From assembly GCF_014396165.1 (NCBI RefSeq), contig NZ_CP060715.1:900001-932000 (forward strand): 32,000 bases of DNA. Direction: 5' to 3'. Positions 17,325 through 26,469 of this stretch are shown here, in pieces (the stretch's first letter is position 1; every line of letters begins with the position of its first letter). A program made the translations under genes and the position numbers. The stretch is from Erysipelothrix inopinata. Its GTDB lineage: Bacteria; Bacillota_I; Bacilli_A; Erysipelotrichales; Erysipelotrichaceae. The notes beneath the pieces were generated by a model. That model saw only the letters and a program-made list of their open reading frames with translations, was not told the origin of the DNA and did no database searches.

Positions 17325-19328
17325 ATGAAAAAACTATTAAAAGTTTTGATGGTCCTTACACTTGTGATCATTGTATATCCGTTTGAAAAAATCAGTGCAG
17401 ATGTTGGCCAATCAATTGATGCCTATTTTTCGAGACCAACTACTGCAAGTGCAGTAGCGAGCGAATTAAAGAAATCAGATAATATAACTGAGAGTGATCT
17501 TTCTAAAGTTACAAAGATTACTCTCAATGAAAAAGATGGCTTTTCAAGCTTTGATACTGATCTTGGTAAGCTTCCAAACCTGAACATCATTTATATTGGA
17601 TATACGGGCTGGGAATCTTTGGATGGTATCGAATCAGTGAGTAGTTCACTTACTACATTGACCTTATCAGAAACATTAATAACTGATATTGAACCCGTCG
17701 GTTCGCTGACTAACCTAAAGTCAATTTCGTTTAATGAACAAACAAATACGACCAATAATGCTATAAAAAATAATCCGAATTTTTTAAAACCTCTTGAAGA
17801 TTTACCCTTAACGAGTTTTACTTCAATGTTTAGTCCTTTCAATGATAACCATCTTAAATCTCTAAGTAAGATTAAGACACTTACTAATCTTTCGATTCAA
17901 AGTTCAGGGGTTACTGATTTCACTATAATTAATCAGATGACGAACTTAAAATCAATCAACTTCAATGGGGGAAAACTTTCGAGTATTGAAGGAGCTTCAA
18001 ATCTAGTGAATCTAACAAGTCTCAATATTGGCGCGAGAGACAATGGTAGTGAAAAAAATCAAATTACTGATTTTAGTGATTTAATGTATCCTTATACTTC
18101 AAATAATACGCGTGTAAAGTTAAACATGGATGGAATAACACCAGAAGTTAATATTAAATACGACAGCGTTGAAAATCTATATTATTTTGATTTGGATACT
18201 ATTGTAATGCCGACACCCTCCACTGGTTATTCAAGTTTGGTACTGACACCGTACAGCGTTCCATTTTATGCTGAACTTGATCAAGTTAACAATAGAATTA
18301 TTTATGAAAATGAATTTATTGAAGAGCGTCTTGCTCAAGGGTGGTTAGACTTTTCAGTTGGAAACTTCACGATGCAATCAATTGACAGAAGTTACGATGT
18401 AGAAGGGGTTATGTGGGTTAGAGGAGTTGGAATCGAGAATGTATACGAGAACTATACCGTTACCTTTGATAGCCAAGAAGGTACAACCGTAAATCCAATT
18501 ACTGATGTAAATCATAACGCTTCAATCACAGCACCACTGGCACCAACTAAAGAGGGTCATGCATTTGATGGCTGGTATACAGATACAACGTTTGCAACAG
18601 AATGGTACTTTGATACCGATACGGTAACTGATAATATGACACTCTATGCAAAATGGAGTCCACTCATCTATACTGTTACATTTGATAGCCAAGAAGGTAC
18701 AACCGTGAATCCAATTACTGATGTAAATCATAACGCTTCAATCACAGCACCAATGGCACCGACTAAAGAGGGTCATACATTCGCAGGTTGGTATACAGAT
18801 ACAACGTTCGCAACAGAATGGAACTTTGATACTGATATGGTAACTGATAATATGACACTTTATGCAAAATGGAGTCCACTCAACTATACCGTTACCTTTG
18901 ATAGCCAAGAAGGTACAATCGTAAATCCAATTACTGATGTGAATCATAACGCGTCAATACCAGCACCAATTGCACCAACTAAAGAGGGTCATGCATTCGA
19001 AGGTTGGTATACAGATACAACGTTTGCAACGGAATGGAACTTTGATACCGATACGGTAACTGATAATATGACACTCTATGCAAAATGGAGTATTAATGTT
19101 ATTGATGATAATCAAGAAGATAAGCCTAATCCAGAGGAAGATAATTCAGAGAATATTGTGATTCCGGAAGCAGAAATCGAAGATAACAATGACAAAAATG
19201 ATACAGAAAATGTGTTACCTACAACGGGCGTTGCAAATACGATATCAAAGATTGAAGGATCGTTGATCTTATTAGGATGTGTGTTTATTATCTTATACTT
19301 AAAAGATAAAGTTAAAAATAATATCTAA
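17325..19328 (+). CDS. Internalin-like LPXTG surface protein (LRR domain + 3 tandem Flg_new repeats)
   Basis: Signal peptide starting at MKKLLKVL (RBS gaggag). LRR units LxxLxLxxxxItDIxPL. Three 72-aa repeats. LPTTG motif, TM segment and a basic tail. No terminator is visible between 17216 and 17325. Confidence 0.88.
   Translation: MKKLLKVLMVLTLVIIVYPFEKISADVGQSIDAYFSRPTTASAVASELKKSDNITESDLSKVTKITLNEKDGFSSFDTDLGKLPNLNIIYIGYTGWESLDGIESVSSSLTTLTLSETLITDIEPVGSLTNLKSISFNEQTNTTNNAIKNNPNFLKPLEDLPLTSFTSMFSPFNDNHLKSLSKIKTLTNLSIQSSGVTDFTIINQMTNLKSINFNGGKLSSIEGASNLVNLTSLNIGARDNGSEKNQITDFSDLMYPYTSNNTRVKLNMDGITPEVNIKYDSVENLYYFDLDTIVMPTPSTGYSSLVLTPYSVPFYAELDQVNNRIIYENEFIEERLAQGWLDFSVGNFTMQSIDRSYDVEGVMWVRGVGIENVYENYTVTFDSQEGTTVNPITDVNHNASITAPLAPTKEGHAFDGWYTDTTFATEWYFDTDTVTDNMTLYAKWSPLIYTVTFDSQEGTTVNPITDVNHNASITAPMAPTKEGHTFAGWYTDTTFATEWNFDTDMVTDNMTLYAKWSPLNYTVTFDSQEGTIVNPITDVNHNASIPAPIAPTKEGHAFEGWYTDTTFATEWNFDTDTVTDNMTLYAKWSINVIDDNQEDKPNPEEDNSENIVIPEAEIEDNNDKNDTENVLPTTGVANTISKIEGSLILLGCVFIILYLKDKVKNNI
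18453..19091. repeat. Tandem 216-bp coding repeats, about 3 copies (units start at 18453, 18669, 18885)
   Basis: Read directly: the units are nearly identical, with a few substitutions each. Confidence 0.9.
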
Positions 19329-19334
19329 AATTTG

Positions 19335-19380
19335 AAACTGGGTTGAATTTGAATTCAATTCAGTTTTTTTCTGTTTGTGC
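19335..19380 (+). terminator. Rho-independent terminator
   Basis: Long stem aaactgggttgaat / attcaattcagttt followed by a T-run. Confidence 0.8.
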
Positions 19381-19426
19381 AGATACATCCCCTTTGGTAC
19401 AATTAAGATATGGAGAGGAGTGCAGT

Positions 19427-19684
19427 ATGAAAAATAAAAATAGAATTATGGTTGTTGTCGCAATCTTACTAATGGTATGTCTGATAGGATTGGGAATTAC
19501 AAAAGTATTTATGCTGACAATCAATGGTATGAATCTTAACCTGATGGCACCAGATGTTTATGACTCAGGGTGGTTTGCTTATAAGCATATAAAGCTCGTG
19601 TTTGACATTGCAATTCTAACTAATATTATCGCACTCGGACTGGTACTTTATTCGTTATTTACTGATGAAAAAAAGAGAAAATAA
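19427..19684 (+). CDS. Small membrane protein (85 aa, 2 TM), unknown function
   Basis: ATG 19427 has RBS ggagaggag. Hydrophobic segments IMVVVAILLMVCLIGLGI and IAILTNIIALGLVLYSLF. Confidence 0.55.
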   Translation: MKNKNRIMVVVAILLMVCLIGLGITKVFMLTINGMNLNLMAPDVYDSGWFAYKHIKLVFDIAILTNIIALGLVLYSLFTDEKKRK

Positions 19685-19690
19685 TTAAAT

Positions 19691-19729
19691 AAACCAAGTT
19701 GTAGAATAGTACAATTTGGTTTATTTTTA
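19691..19729 (+). terminator. Rho-independent terminator
   Basis: 13-bp stem aaaccaagttgta / tacaatttggttt, then atttttat. Confidence 0.8.
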
Positions 19730-19861
19730 TCTTGTTAATGGCGACATATCATATATTTTGAAAATAATCTTTAAAACTGTGATGAATATTAGGATAAAAA
19801 TGGAAATTATGTAGAAATTGATTTAGGTAAAATGATATGATGTTGAGGAAAATGTTTATTG

Positions 19862-21553
19862 ATGGAGGAACATATGGAAGTTATCAAATCATTCATCCAG
19901 ACATGTGCTGAATTAGAAGTACATGTTATCTTGGGAGGATTCGGTCTTTTCATGCTTGGTATCACGATGCTAGGGGATGGATTTAAAGCAGTTGCTGGTG
20001 ATCGAATGCGAGAGTATATTGATAAATATACGAGTAATCTATTTTCCGCAATCTTAGTAGGTGCAGTCATGACGGGGATCATGCAGTCGAGTTCGGCGGC
20101 TACTGTCATTTCAATCAGTTTAGTTAGAGCTGGACTTATGAGGGTTGACCAGGCAATTGGTATTTCACTGGGTGCAAATATTGGTACCACAATGACTGCG
20201 ATTATTATTGGTCTAAATATTGCAGACATGGGATATATCTTTTTATTCCTTGGTGCTATGATGATGCTATTCTCAAATAAAATTAATGTTAAAAATTATG
20301 GTAAAGTTATTTTAGCTTTCGGTATGACGTTTGTGGGTCTGCAAATTATGTCAGGGAAGTTGTTGTTGGTTCAAGAAATGCCTTGGTTCCAAGATGTCAT
20401 GATTTCATTATCAGATCATCCGTGGTTATCGATGGGTGGTGGCGTTATTCTTACTGCAATTATTAACTCATCTTCAGCTACAATTGCTGTTGTACAACAA
20501 ATATATGGCAACGGTGGTATGACATTAATCGCAGCGATTGCTTTTGTATTTGGTTCAAATATTGGAACAACCATTACGGCATACTTTGCATCTCTTGGAG
20601 GGTCGGCATCGGCACGAAGAGTTTCACTTTTTCATACCTTGTTTAACTTCTTTGGAGCTGTGATTATGATGTTTTTTATTGTTCCGTACTCACATTTAGT
20701 TTCGATGATTAGTAATTATCTTGGAAGTAGTGCTTCTATGGAAGTGGGGATTGCCCACTTAATGTTCAACCTTATCTTCTGTATTCTTGTAATACCATTC
20801 ATACCAATGTTTATGAGACTTCTCACAATCTTAATTCCAGGTGATGATAAGATTGTAAGTAGAGAAAAACTTACACCTTTAGATGAAGAGATTATTCAAA
20901 CGTATCCAGTAGGAGCTCTTCAACTTGCGAAAGGTAGAACGATTGATATGGCAAGCCTTGTCGAAGAATCGATTCGTACTTCACAGACTTATCTCCATTC
21001 TAAAGATAAACAAGACTATGAAGTTGTAATGCAACTTGAGGAGATGGTAAATGCCATTGATACAGATCTGACTTCGTATCTTCTTAAGATTATGCAAACC
21101 TCGAGTGGTGATGCTACTATTGCGAAAGCATACACTCAAAACTTAGAAATAATCAAAAACTATGAACGTATGAGTGATTTATCGACAAATCTTGTTGAGT
21201 TCTTTAAATTGTCTTTTGACAACCGAGAAAATTTCTCAATGGATGCATTGGATGACTTAGACAAGATGTACGAGCTATTACTCCATATGGTTCAAAAATC
21301 AATTGAGATTGTTCGTACAGATGATGAAACATTATTCGACGATCTTCTTAGTGAAGAAGATTACTTGGATCTTGTAGAGAAAAAATATCGTGAGAAACAT
21401 TTCCAACGTATGGCAGAGAGTATTTGTGAGACTAAAGTCGCAAGCAGTGTCTATGTTGATATTCTTGGTATTTTAGAGCGTATTGGGGACCATAGTGTTA
21501 ATATCGGGCGTTATATTGTATCGCCAATAAAGATTCACTCTGACGATCTATAG
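19862..21553 (+). CDS. Na+/phosphate cotransporter family protein with a PhoU-like C-terminal domain
   Basis: Duplicated GANIGTT / GSNIGTT motifs of the Na/Pi cotransporter family. Helical C-terminal part ending ERIGDHSVNI (PhoU-like). The start could be 19862 or 19874. Confidence 0.85.
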   Translation: MEEHMEVIKSFIQTCAELEVHVILGGFGLFMLGITMLGDGFKAVAGDRMREYIDKYTSNLFSAILVGAVMTGIMQSSSAATVISISLVRAGLMRVDQAIGISLGANIGTTMTAIIIGLNIADMGYIFLFLGAMMMLFSNKINVKNYGKVILAFGMTFVGLQIMSGKLLLVQEMPWFQDVMISLSDHPWLSMGGGVILTAIINSSSATIAVVQQIYGNGGMTLIAAIAFVFGSNIGTTITAYFASLGGSASARRVSLFHTLFNFFGAVIMMFFIVPYSHLVSMISNYLGSSASMEVGIAHLMFNLIFCILVIPFIPMFMRLLTILIPGDDKIVSREKLTPLDEEIIQTYPVGALQLAKGRTIDMASLVEESIRTSQTYLHSKDKQDYEVVMQLEEMVNAIDTDLTSYLLKIMQTSSGDATIAKAYTQNLEIIKNYERMSDLSTNLVEFFKLSFDNRENFSMDALDDLDKMYELLLHMVQKSIEIVRTDDETLFDDLLSEEDYLDLVEKKYREKHFQRMAESICETKVASSVYVDILGILERIGDHSVNIGRYIVSPIKIHSDDL

Positions 21554-21567
21554 GAAATAATAAATAA

Positions 21568-21595
21568 AGTGTATCCGTTTCGGATACACTTTTTC
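21568..21595. terminator. Bidirectional terminator between convergent genes
   Basis: gtgtatccg / cggatacac stem flanked by A-rich sequence and ttttt. Confidence 0.75.
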
Positions 21596-23353
21596 TTATG
21601 CAGTTTGAAATTGGCTATTATACAAGTTATAGTAGAATGTTCTTTGTTCTAGGAGCTCATCGTGAGTTCCACTTTCAATTACATTACCATCTTTCATAAC
21701 AAGAATTAAATCGGCATCTTTTATGGTAGAAAGGCGATGGGCAATCACAAAGCTTGTACGTCCTTTCATGAGTTCATCCATGGCATTTTGAATAATTAGT
21801 TCCGTACGTGTATCGATGGAGCTTGTTGCTTCATCAAGGATAAGTAGGGGTGCATTTTTTAACATGGCTCTCACAATCGTAAATTGTTGTTTTTGTCCTT
21901 CTGACAAAGATGTTGTCTCATCTAAAACTGTGTCATAACCATTGGGTAAACTGTTAATGAAATGGTCAATTCCAACCCGCTCACAGGCTTTCTCAACCGT
22001 ATCAATATTAATGTTTGGGATCGAATAAACTAAATTCTCATAAACGGTACCTTCAAAAATCCATGTATCTTGTAATACCATACCAAACTGATTTCTTAGA
22101 TTTTCTTTCGTGATATTAAAGATTGACGTACCATCAATTTTAATATCACCTGATGTTACATCGTAAAATCGCATCAGTAAGTTAACAAGGGTTGTCTTAC
22201 CTGCACCTGTAGGACCTACAATCGCAATTTTTTGTCCCGCAACAACATCACACGAGAAATCCTTTATAATTGGTTTATTAGGATCATATCCAAATGATAC
22301 ATGATCGAAATTGATATTCCCTTCAACATGGTCAAGAATTTCAGGAGAATTAGTATCCGTAGGAATTTCATCTTCATTCATAAAGTCTCGAACGCGAATT
22401 GATGCTGCAGAAGCAGTTTGTAAATCTGTAACAACTTGAGTAAGTTGTGATAGTGGGTTGTTAAACTGACGAATATACATTGTAAAGGCAACTACTACAC
22501 CAAATTCAATGGATCCACTTACAACCATTTTTGATCCTACAATTGCGACTGCAACGTAACTAAGATTTCCAATGAAACTGATCAGAGGCGTCATAATACC
22601 CGAAAGGAAGTGTGCTTTCTTTCCATAGTTTGTTAATTTATCATTGATTTCTGAAAATTCATCATTGATATCATCACTTGCATTATACACTTTAATAATA
22701 GTATGGCCGGTATAGGCTTCTTCTACAAAACCACTCATATCCCCTAAAACTTGTTGTTGTTTGTTAAAGTAAGGCTGAGATTTTTTTGTAATCAGTTTAA
22801 CCATTGTGAAGCCAAGAAGTGTAATGGTAACGATAATAATTGCAAGGGTAAGATTTGAAGTAACCATCATGAAGAGTGAGCCAACCAATAAAGTGATACT
22901 TGTTACGATTGTTGGGATACTGTTGTTTAGGGTTTTACCAATTGTATCAACATCGTTCGTAACTCGACTCAATACATCACCATAACTAACTTCATCAAAA
23001 TATGAGAGGGGTAGGCGGTTAATTTTTTGATCTATTTCGGTACGGAGTTGATTGTTTAAACGTTGCGTAATACTAGCCATAATAAATTGCTTAGCGTAGT
23101 TTATTCCAAATCCAATGATATAAATTATAACCAGGGTCATGCCTACTTTACTGATTCTTTCTAAGTCAATGCCAGTATGCATTCCTTCGATAATTAAATT
23201 GGTGATAGTTTCAATTTGTTTAGGTCCTAGTAAAATAAAGATAGCACCAGTTAGTGCTAGAACCCCAACAGTAATAAGAGAACCTTTATATCGCTTACTG
23301 TAAGAGAGTAGATTGGTAAGTCCTTGAAATTTTTTAGTTTCTTGTTGTTTCAT
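21596..23353 (-). CDS. ABC exporter half-transporter (TMD-NBD), carrying the consensus catalytic residues of the active ATP site
   Basis: Walker A GPTGAGKTT. Walker B plus catalytic Glu LLILDEAT. The signature motif is degenerate (LSEGQ). I chose ATG 23353 (MKQQETKKF), which has RBS aggagg. Confidence 0.9.
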   Translation of the reverse strand: MKQQETKKFQGLTNLLSYSKRYKGSLITVGVLALTGAIFILLGPKQIETITNLIIEGMHTGIDLERISKVGMTLVIIYIIGFGINYAKQFIMASITQRLNNQLRTEIDQKINRLPLSYFDEVSYGDVLSRVTNDVDTIGKTLNNSIPTIVTSITLLVGSLFMMVTSNLTLAIIIVTITLLGFTMVKLITKKSQPYFNKQQQVLGDMSGFVEEAYTGHTIIKVYNASDDINDEFSEINDKLTNYGKKAHFLSGIMTPLISFIGNLSYVAVAIVGSKMVVSGSIEFGVVVAFTMYIRQFNNPLSQLTQVVTDLQTASAASIRVRDFMNEDEIPTDTNSPEILDHVEGNINFDHVSFGYDPNKPIIKDFSCDVVAGQKIAIVGPTGAGKTTLVNLLMRFYDVTSGDIKIDGTSIFNITKENLRNQFGMVLQDTWIFEGTVYENLVYSIPNINIDTVEKACERVGIDHFINSLPNGYDTVLDETTSLSEGQKQQFTIVRAMLKNAPLLILDEATSSIDTRTELIIQNAMDELMKGRTSFVIAHRLSTIKDADLILVMKDGNVIESGTHDELLEQRTFYYNLYNSQFQTA

Positions 23354-25109
23354 CTTCAAGTTCCTCCTTTGATAATTGAGATTTCGCAATTTCTTGATAG
23401 ACAGAACATGTCTTCAAGAGTTCTGAATGTTTACCATGGCCTACCATTTCTCCATTCTCAAGAACGATAATTTGATCGGCATCGAGAATCGTACCAATAC
23501 GTTGGGCAATGATAATTTTCGTAGTTTCTTTAAAGTCTTGATTGAGTTGCTGTCTGATTTTTTGATCGGTTTGATAATCGAGAGCAGAAAAACTATCATC
23601 GAAAATTAAAATTTCTGGATCACGAGCAATGGCTCTTGCCATAGATAATCTTTGTTTTTGTCCTCCTGAGAAGTTTGTACCAAGTTGGGCAACAGGAGAC
23701 TGAATCCCCTCGGGTTTATTGAGAACAAAGTTTGCAGATTGACATAATTCAAGGGCATCTGTAATTCTCTCTTCAGTGATTTTATCATTAAAGGTTTGTC
23801 CAAAATCAATGTTATCGGCTACAGTCCCACTGAATAGCATTGCTTTTTGAGAGACATAACCAATCTTACTGTATAGCGATTCCTCGTAGTAATCGTTAAC
23901 GTCGACGCCATCCACATAAACGCTTCCTGATGTGACTTCATAGAGGCGGGGAATCAAGTTAACTAAAGTTGTTTTACCGCTCCCTGTAGCCCCAATAATG
24001 GCGAGTGTCTCACCTTTATTTATTGTGAAGTTAATATTTTTTAATGCGGGCTGTGCATTATCGGGATAAGTGAAACAAACATCCTTAAACTCTACAATAC
24101 CTTGGTAATTTGAAACATTGTTGTTGATGGTTCCATTTTCCATACTTATCGGAGCATCCAAAACTTCATTAATACGATTTGCAGACACCTTAACGCGAGG
24201 TAACAATACTAATAAGATACTCATCAACATAAAGGATGCAATAATTTGTAGTGCATAGGCTGAATAGACTACCATATTACTAAATTGCACCAATTGATCC
24301 GAAGCTGAAAGACCGTTGATGAGATAGGCGCCAATCCAGTAAATACCAATACTCATCACAGACATGGCAAAGTTTAAACTCGGATGGAGCAAACCGACAA
24401 CTCGAGTTCCAAAGAGGTTATTTTCCGCTAAGTCGCTGCTTGCCTTTTCAAATTTCTTTTCTTGATATGATTCAGCATTATATGCACGGACAACATTAAT
24501 ACCAGTAAGACTTTCTCTCATAATTCGGTTGATATTATCAGTAAGTTTCTGTACTTTATTAAATTTAGGTATCGCAAAGACTACGATAATTAAAATGATG
24601 ACCAACAGGAATAAAATGCCACTTGCTATTAAAGCAGTCCATTGCCAGCTGTGATCAATGATTCGACTGATTGATGCGATTGCAAGTAAGGGTGACTTAA
24701 TAGCAATCTGAAGTCCAATTGCAATAAATAATTGAATTTGAGTTGAGTCAGTTGTTGTACGTGTAATCAAGCTTGGTATTGAAAACTGTCCGACATCATG
24801 TGTTGTGAACTCGTTTACTTTCTCAAATAAAGCTTGACGTGTTGTACGTCCTAGAGAAGCAGAGATATTTGCAGCGATGTATCCAACGATTACTGCTAAA
24901 ATAACACTTCCCAGTGATGAAGCTATCATTTTGAATCCAATACTTTGGATTTGATTAACCACATCCTCATTAGTCTGTACGAGACTGGTAATTTCAGTCA
25001 TATATTCAGGAATCGATAAATCTAAGACTACTTGAACTGCGATTAATACTACGGCAACAGCAATTAAAAACCAATCTCGTTTTTTTAGTTTTTTAAATAA
25101 TTTAATCAT
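23334..25109 (-). CDS. ABC exporter half-transporter (TMD-NBD), degenerate-site partner
   Basis: Walker A GATGSGKTT. Canonical signature FSGGQ. Walker B ILIFDD is followed by S, so the catalytic Glu is replaced by Asp. Confidence 0.9.
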   Translation of the reverse strand: MIKLFKKLKKRDWFLIAVAVVLIAVQVVLDLSIPEYMTEITSLVQTNEDVVNQIQSIGFKMIASSLGSVILAVIVGYIAANISASLGRTTRQALFEKVNEFTTHDVGQFSIPSLITRTTTDSTQIQLFIAIGLQIAIKSPLLAIASISRIIDHSWQWTALIASGILFLLVIILIIVVFAIPKFNKVQKLTDNINRIMRESLTGINVVRAYNAESYQEKKFEKASSDLAENNLFGTRVVGLLHPSLNFAMSVMSIGIYWIGAYLINGLSASDQLVQFSNMVVYSAYALQIIASFMLMSILLVLLPRVKVSANRINEVLDAPISMENGTINNNVSNYQGIVEFKDVCFTYPDNAQPALKNINFTINKGETLAIIGATGSGKTTLVNLIPRLYEVTSGSVYVDGVDVNDYYEESLYSKIGYVSQKAMLFSGTVADNIDFGQTFNDKITEERITDALELCQSANFVLNKPEGIQSPVAQLGTNFSGGQKQRLSMARAIARDPEILIFDDSFSALDYQTDQKIRQQLNQDFKETTKIIIAQRIGTILDADQIIVLENGEMVGHGKHSELLKTCSVYQEIAKSQLSKEELEDETTRN

Positions 25110-25300
25110 ATTTTTTCAGGGTTCTCCAATTCTTTTATTTCTTTTTTTATTTGCACGATACGATCAACATAGACATTGATTGTTTTCATCTCGATGCTTG
25201 TAATATCATCAACTTTTTTTGCATATTCAACGTATGCGTGTTCCAATTTTTTCTCATAAACACTTAGCAATACATTTAAATTATTAAGGTTTTCGTTCAT
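25106..25300 (-). CDS. Small soluble helical protein (64 aa), unknown function, first gene of the ABC exporter operon
   Basis: Strong RBS ggaggt. ATGA stop/start overlap with the downstream ABC gene. No hydrophobic segment. Confidence 0.55.
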   Translation of the reverse strand: MNENLNNLNVLLSVYEKKLEHAYVEYAKKVDDITSIEMKTINVYVDRIVQIKKEIKELENPEKI

Positions 25301-25437
25301 GATTTTTACCTCCTGACACCATTATGAAGGGAATTAAACCGAAAAAAAGAACAGAAAGTAAGGTCTGTACGGTAGCCTTACAAATATTAAAAAGTGTCAA
25401 CCTATGATAGAATAAGAGTAGCTTAAAGGAGTAAACT

Positions 25438-25950
25438 ATGATCTATAAACGTAATGCAACCACACTTGCAATCTACCATGGTTTGTTTGATTTACTAGAA
25501 ACTACAAACTTTGATAATATTAGTGTGAATGATATTTGCCAAGCAAGTCTAATAAGTCGTACGACCTTTTACTCTTACTTTGAGGATAAGTATCAATTGG
25601 TGATGTATTGTTTTAGTGAGGAGCGTACAAAGTTGGGAATCGTAAAGGGTGTCTCAATGGATAAAAATCTAAAAGTCTTTCTCGCACGTATTAAGGAACA
25701 ACGAAATATTTATCATAACTTATTTACATCGGGTGTAAACCGAGAATTAAATCAAATGGTTGCCTCACAATTTCAAGAAAGTATCTCAGGTATTCTTTCG
25801 AATGAATTCAGTGAAGATGAACAAGAAATTTTGCTTTATCTTTATTCGGGGGGAATCGTTTATACTATTATGAAGTGGATTGAATCGGGTTGTCAGATGT
25901 CAGAAGTTACTCTAGCGCAAACGCTATACCGTCAATTACAAAAAATATAA
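25438..25950 (+). CDS. TetR family transcriptional regulator (divergent from the ABC exporter operon)
   Basis: HTH ISVNDICQASLISRTTFYSYFEDKYQL. 170 aa. Confidence 0.8.
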   Translation: MIYKRNATTLAIYHGLFDLLETTNFDNISVNDICQASLISRTTFYSYFEDKYQLVMYCFSEERTKLGIVKGVSMDKNLKVFLARIKEQRNIYHNLFTSGVNRELNQMVASQFQESISGILSNEFSEDEQEILLYLYSGGIVYTIMKWIESGCQMSEVTLAQTLYRQLQKI

Positions 25951-25955
25951 ACAGG

Positions 25956-25986
25956 AAGTATCCCCCAAAAAAAGGGATACTTTTTA
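25956..25986. terminator. Terminator hairpin between convergent genes
   Basis: aagtatccc / gggatactt stem followed by ttt on the plus strand. Confidence 0.65.
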
Positions 25987-26004
25987 GTATCCCGATAGTG
26001 TCGT

Positions 26005-26469
26005 TCATTCGATTGATGTGACGTTTCTTTTTTTATTTGTAAAAATTGTAGCGCAGGTAAGAAGGAATATAAGTGGGGGTAAGATAATGAAAAAGGCAAT
26101 GAATATTTCAGTGTCAAATTGTCCCAGTGTGTAAAATGAATACGACGCTCCACGTGATAATGTATGTAATTGAATCATTTGATGTAGAAAGAATATCAGT
26201 GAATAAAGTGATAACGCAATGATGAGAAGATTCATAATTCGTTGTGATGTTCTATTGTTTCTAATGTGTGATAGGCTGATGAGGAAGAATATAAATAATA
26301 TATAGAAACTAAAAAATAGAAGTTGTGGATATTCTACTAACATACGATGGAGTGCAGTCCAAGACTCATCTCCTGCAGTAAATCCAGTTAACCATATTGT
26401 AAGGTAATAAACAGGAAACAAGAAAAGTGTTGTGAGAAGAAGTAAGGTATCTGAATATTTTTTAATCAT
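26005..26469 (-). CDS. Four-TM membrane protein (154 aa), unknown function
   Basis: ATGA overlap with the upstream gene. Four clear hydrophobic segments. Confidence 0.65.
   Translation of the reverse strand: MIKKYSDTLLLLTTLFLFPVYYLTIWLTGFTAGDESWTALHRMLVEYPQLLFFSFYILFIFFLISLSHIRNNRTSQRIMNLLIIALSLYSLIFFLHQMIQLHTLSRGASYSFYTLGQFDTEIFIAFFIILPPLIFLLTCATIFTNKKRNVTSIE

Noticed and set aside
18522-18947. Two 69-aa Cys-rich ORFs on the minus strand (18522-18731 and 18738-18947) that look like a duplicated small-protein pair.
   Set aside because: They are the antisense reading of consecutive 216-bp repeat units of the internalin-like gene, so the duplication is an artefact of the coding repeat. Neither has an RBS.
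19333-19339. Perfect TGAAAC (SigW-like -35 element) just after the internalin-like gene.
   Set aside because: It forms the 5' arm of the terminator hairpin. No CGTA/CGTC -10 element follows at 16-17 nt.
19807-20229. 140-aa minus-strand ORF overlapping the start of the Na/Pi cotransporter gene.
   Set aside because: It is antisense to a well-supported transporter (GANIGTT motifs). It has no RBS and no recognisable features.
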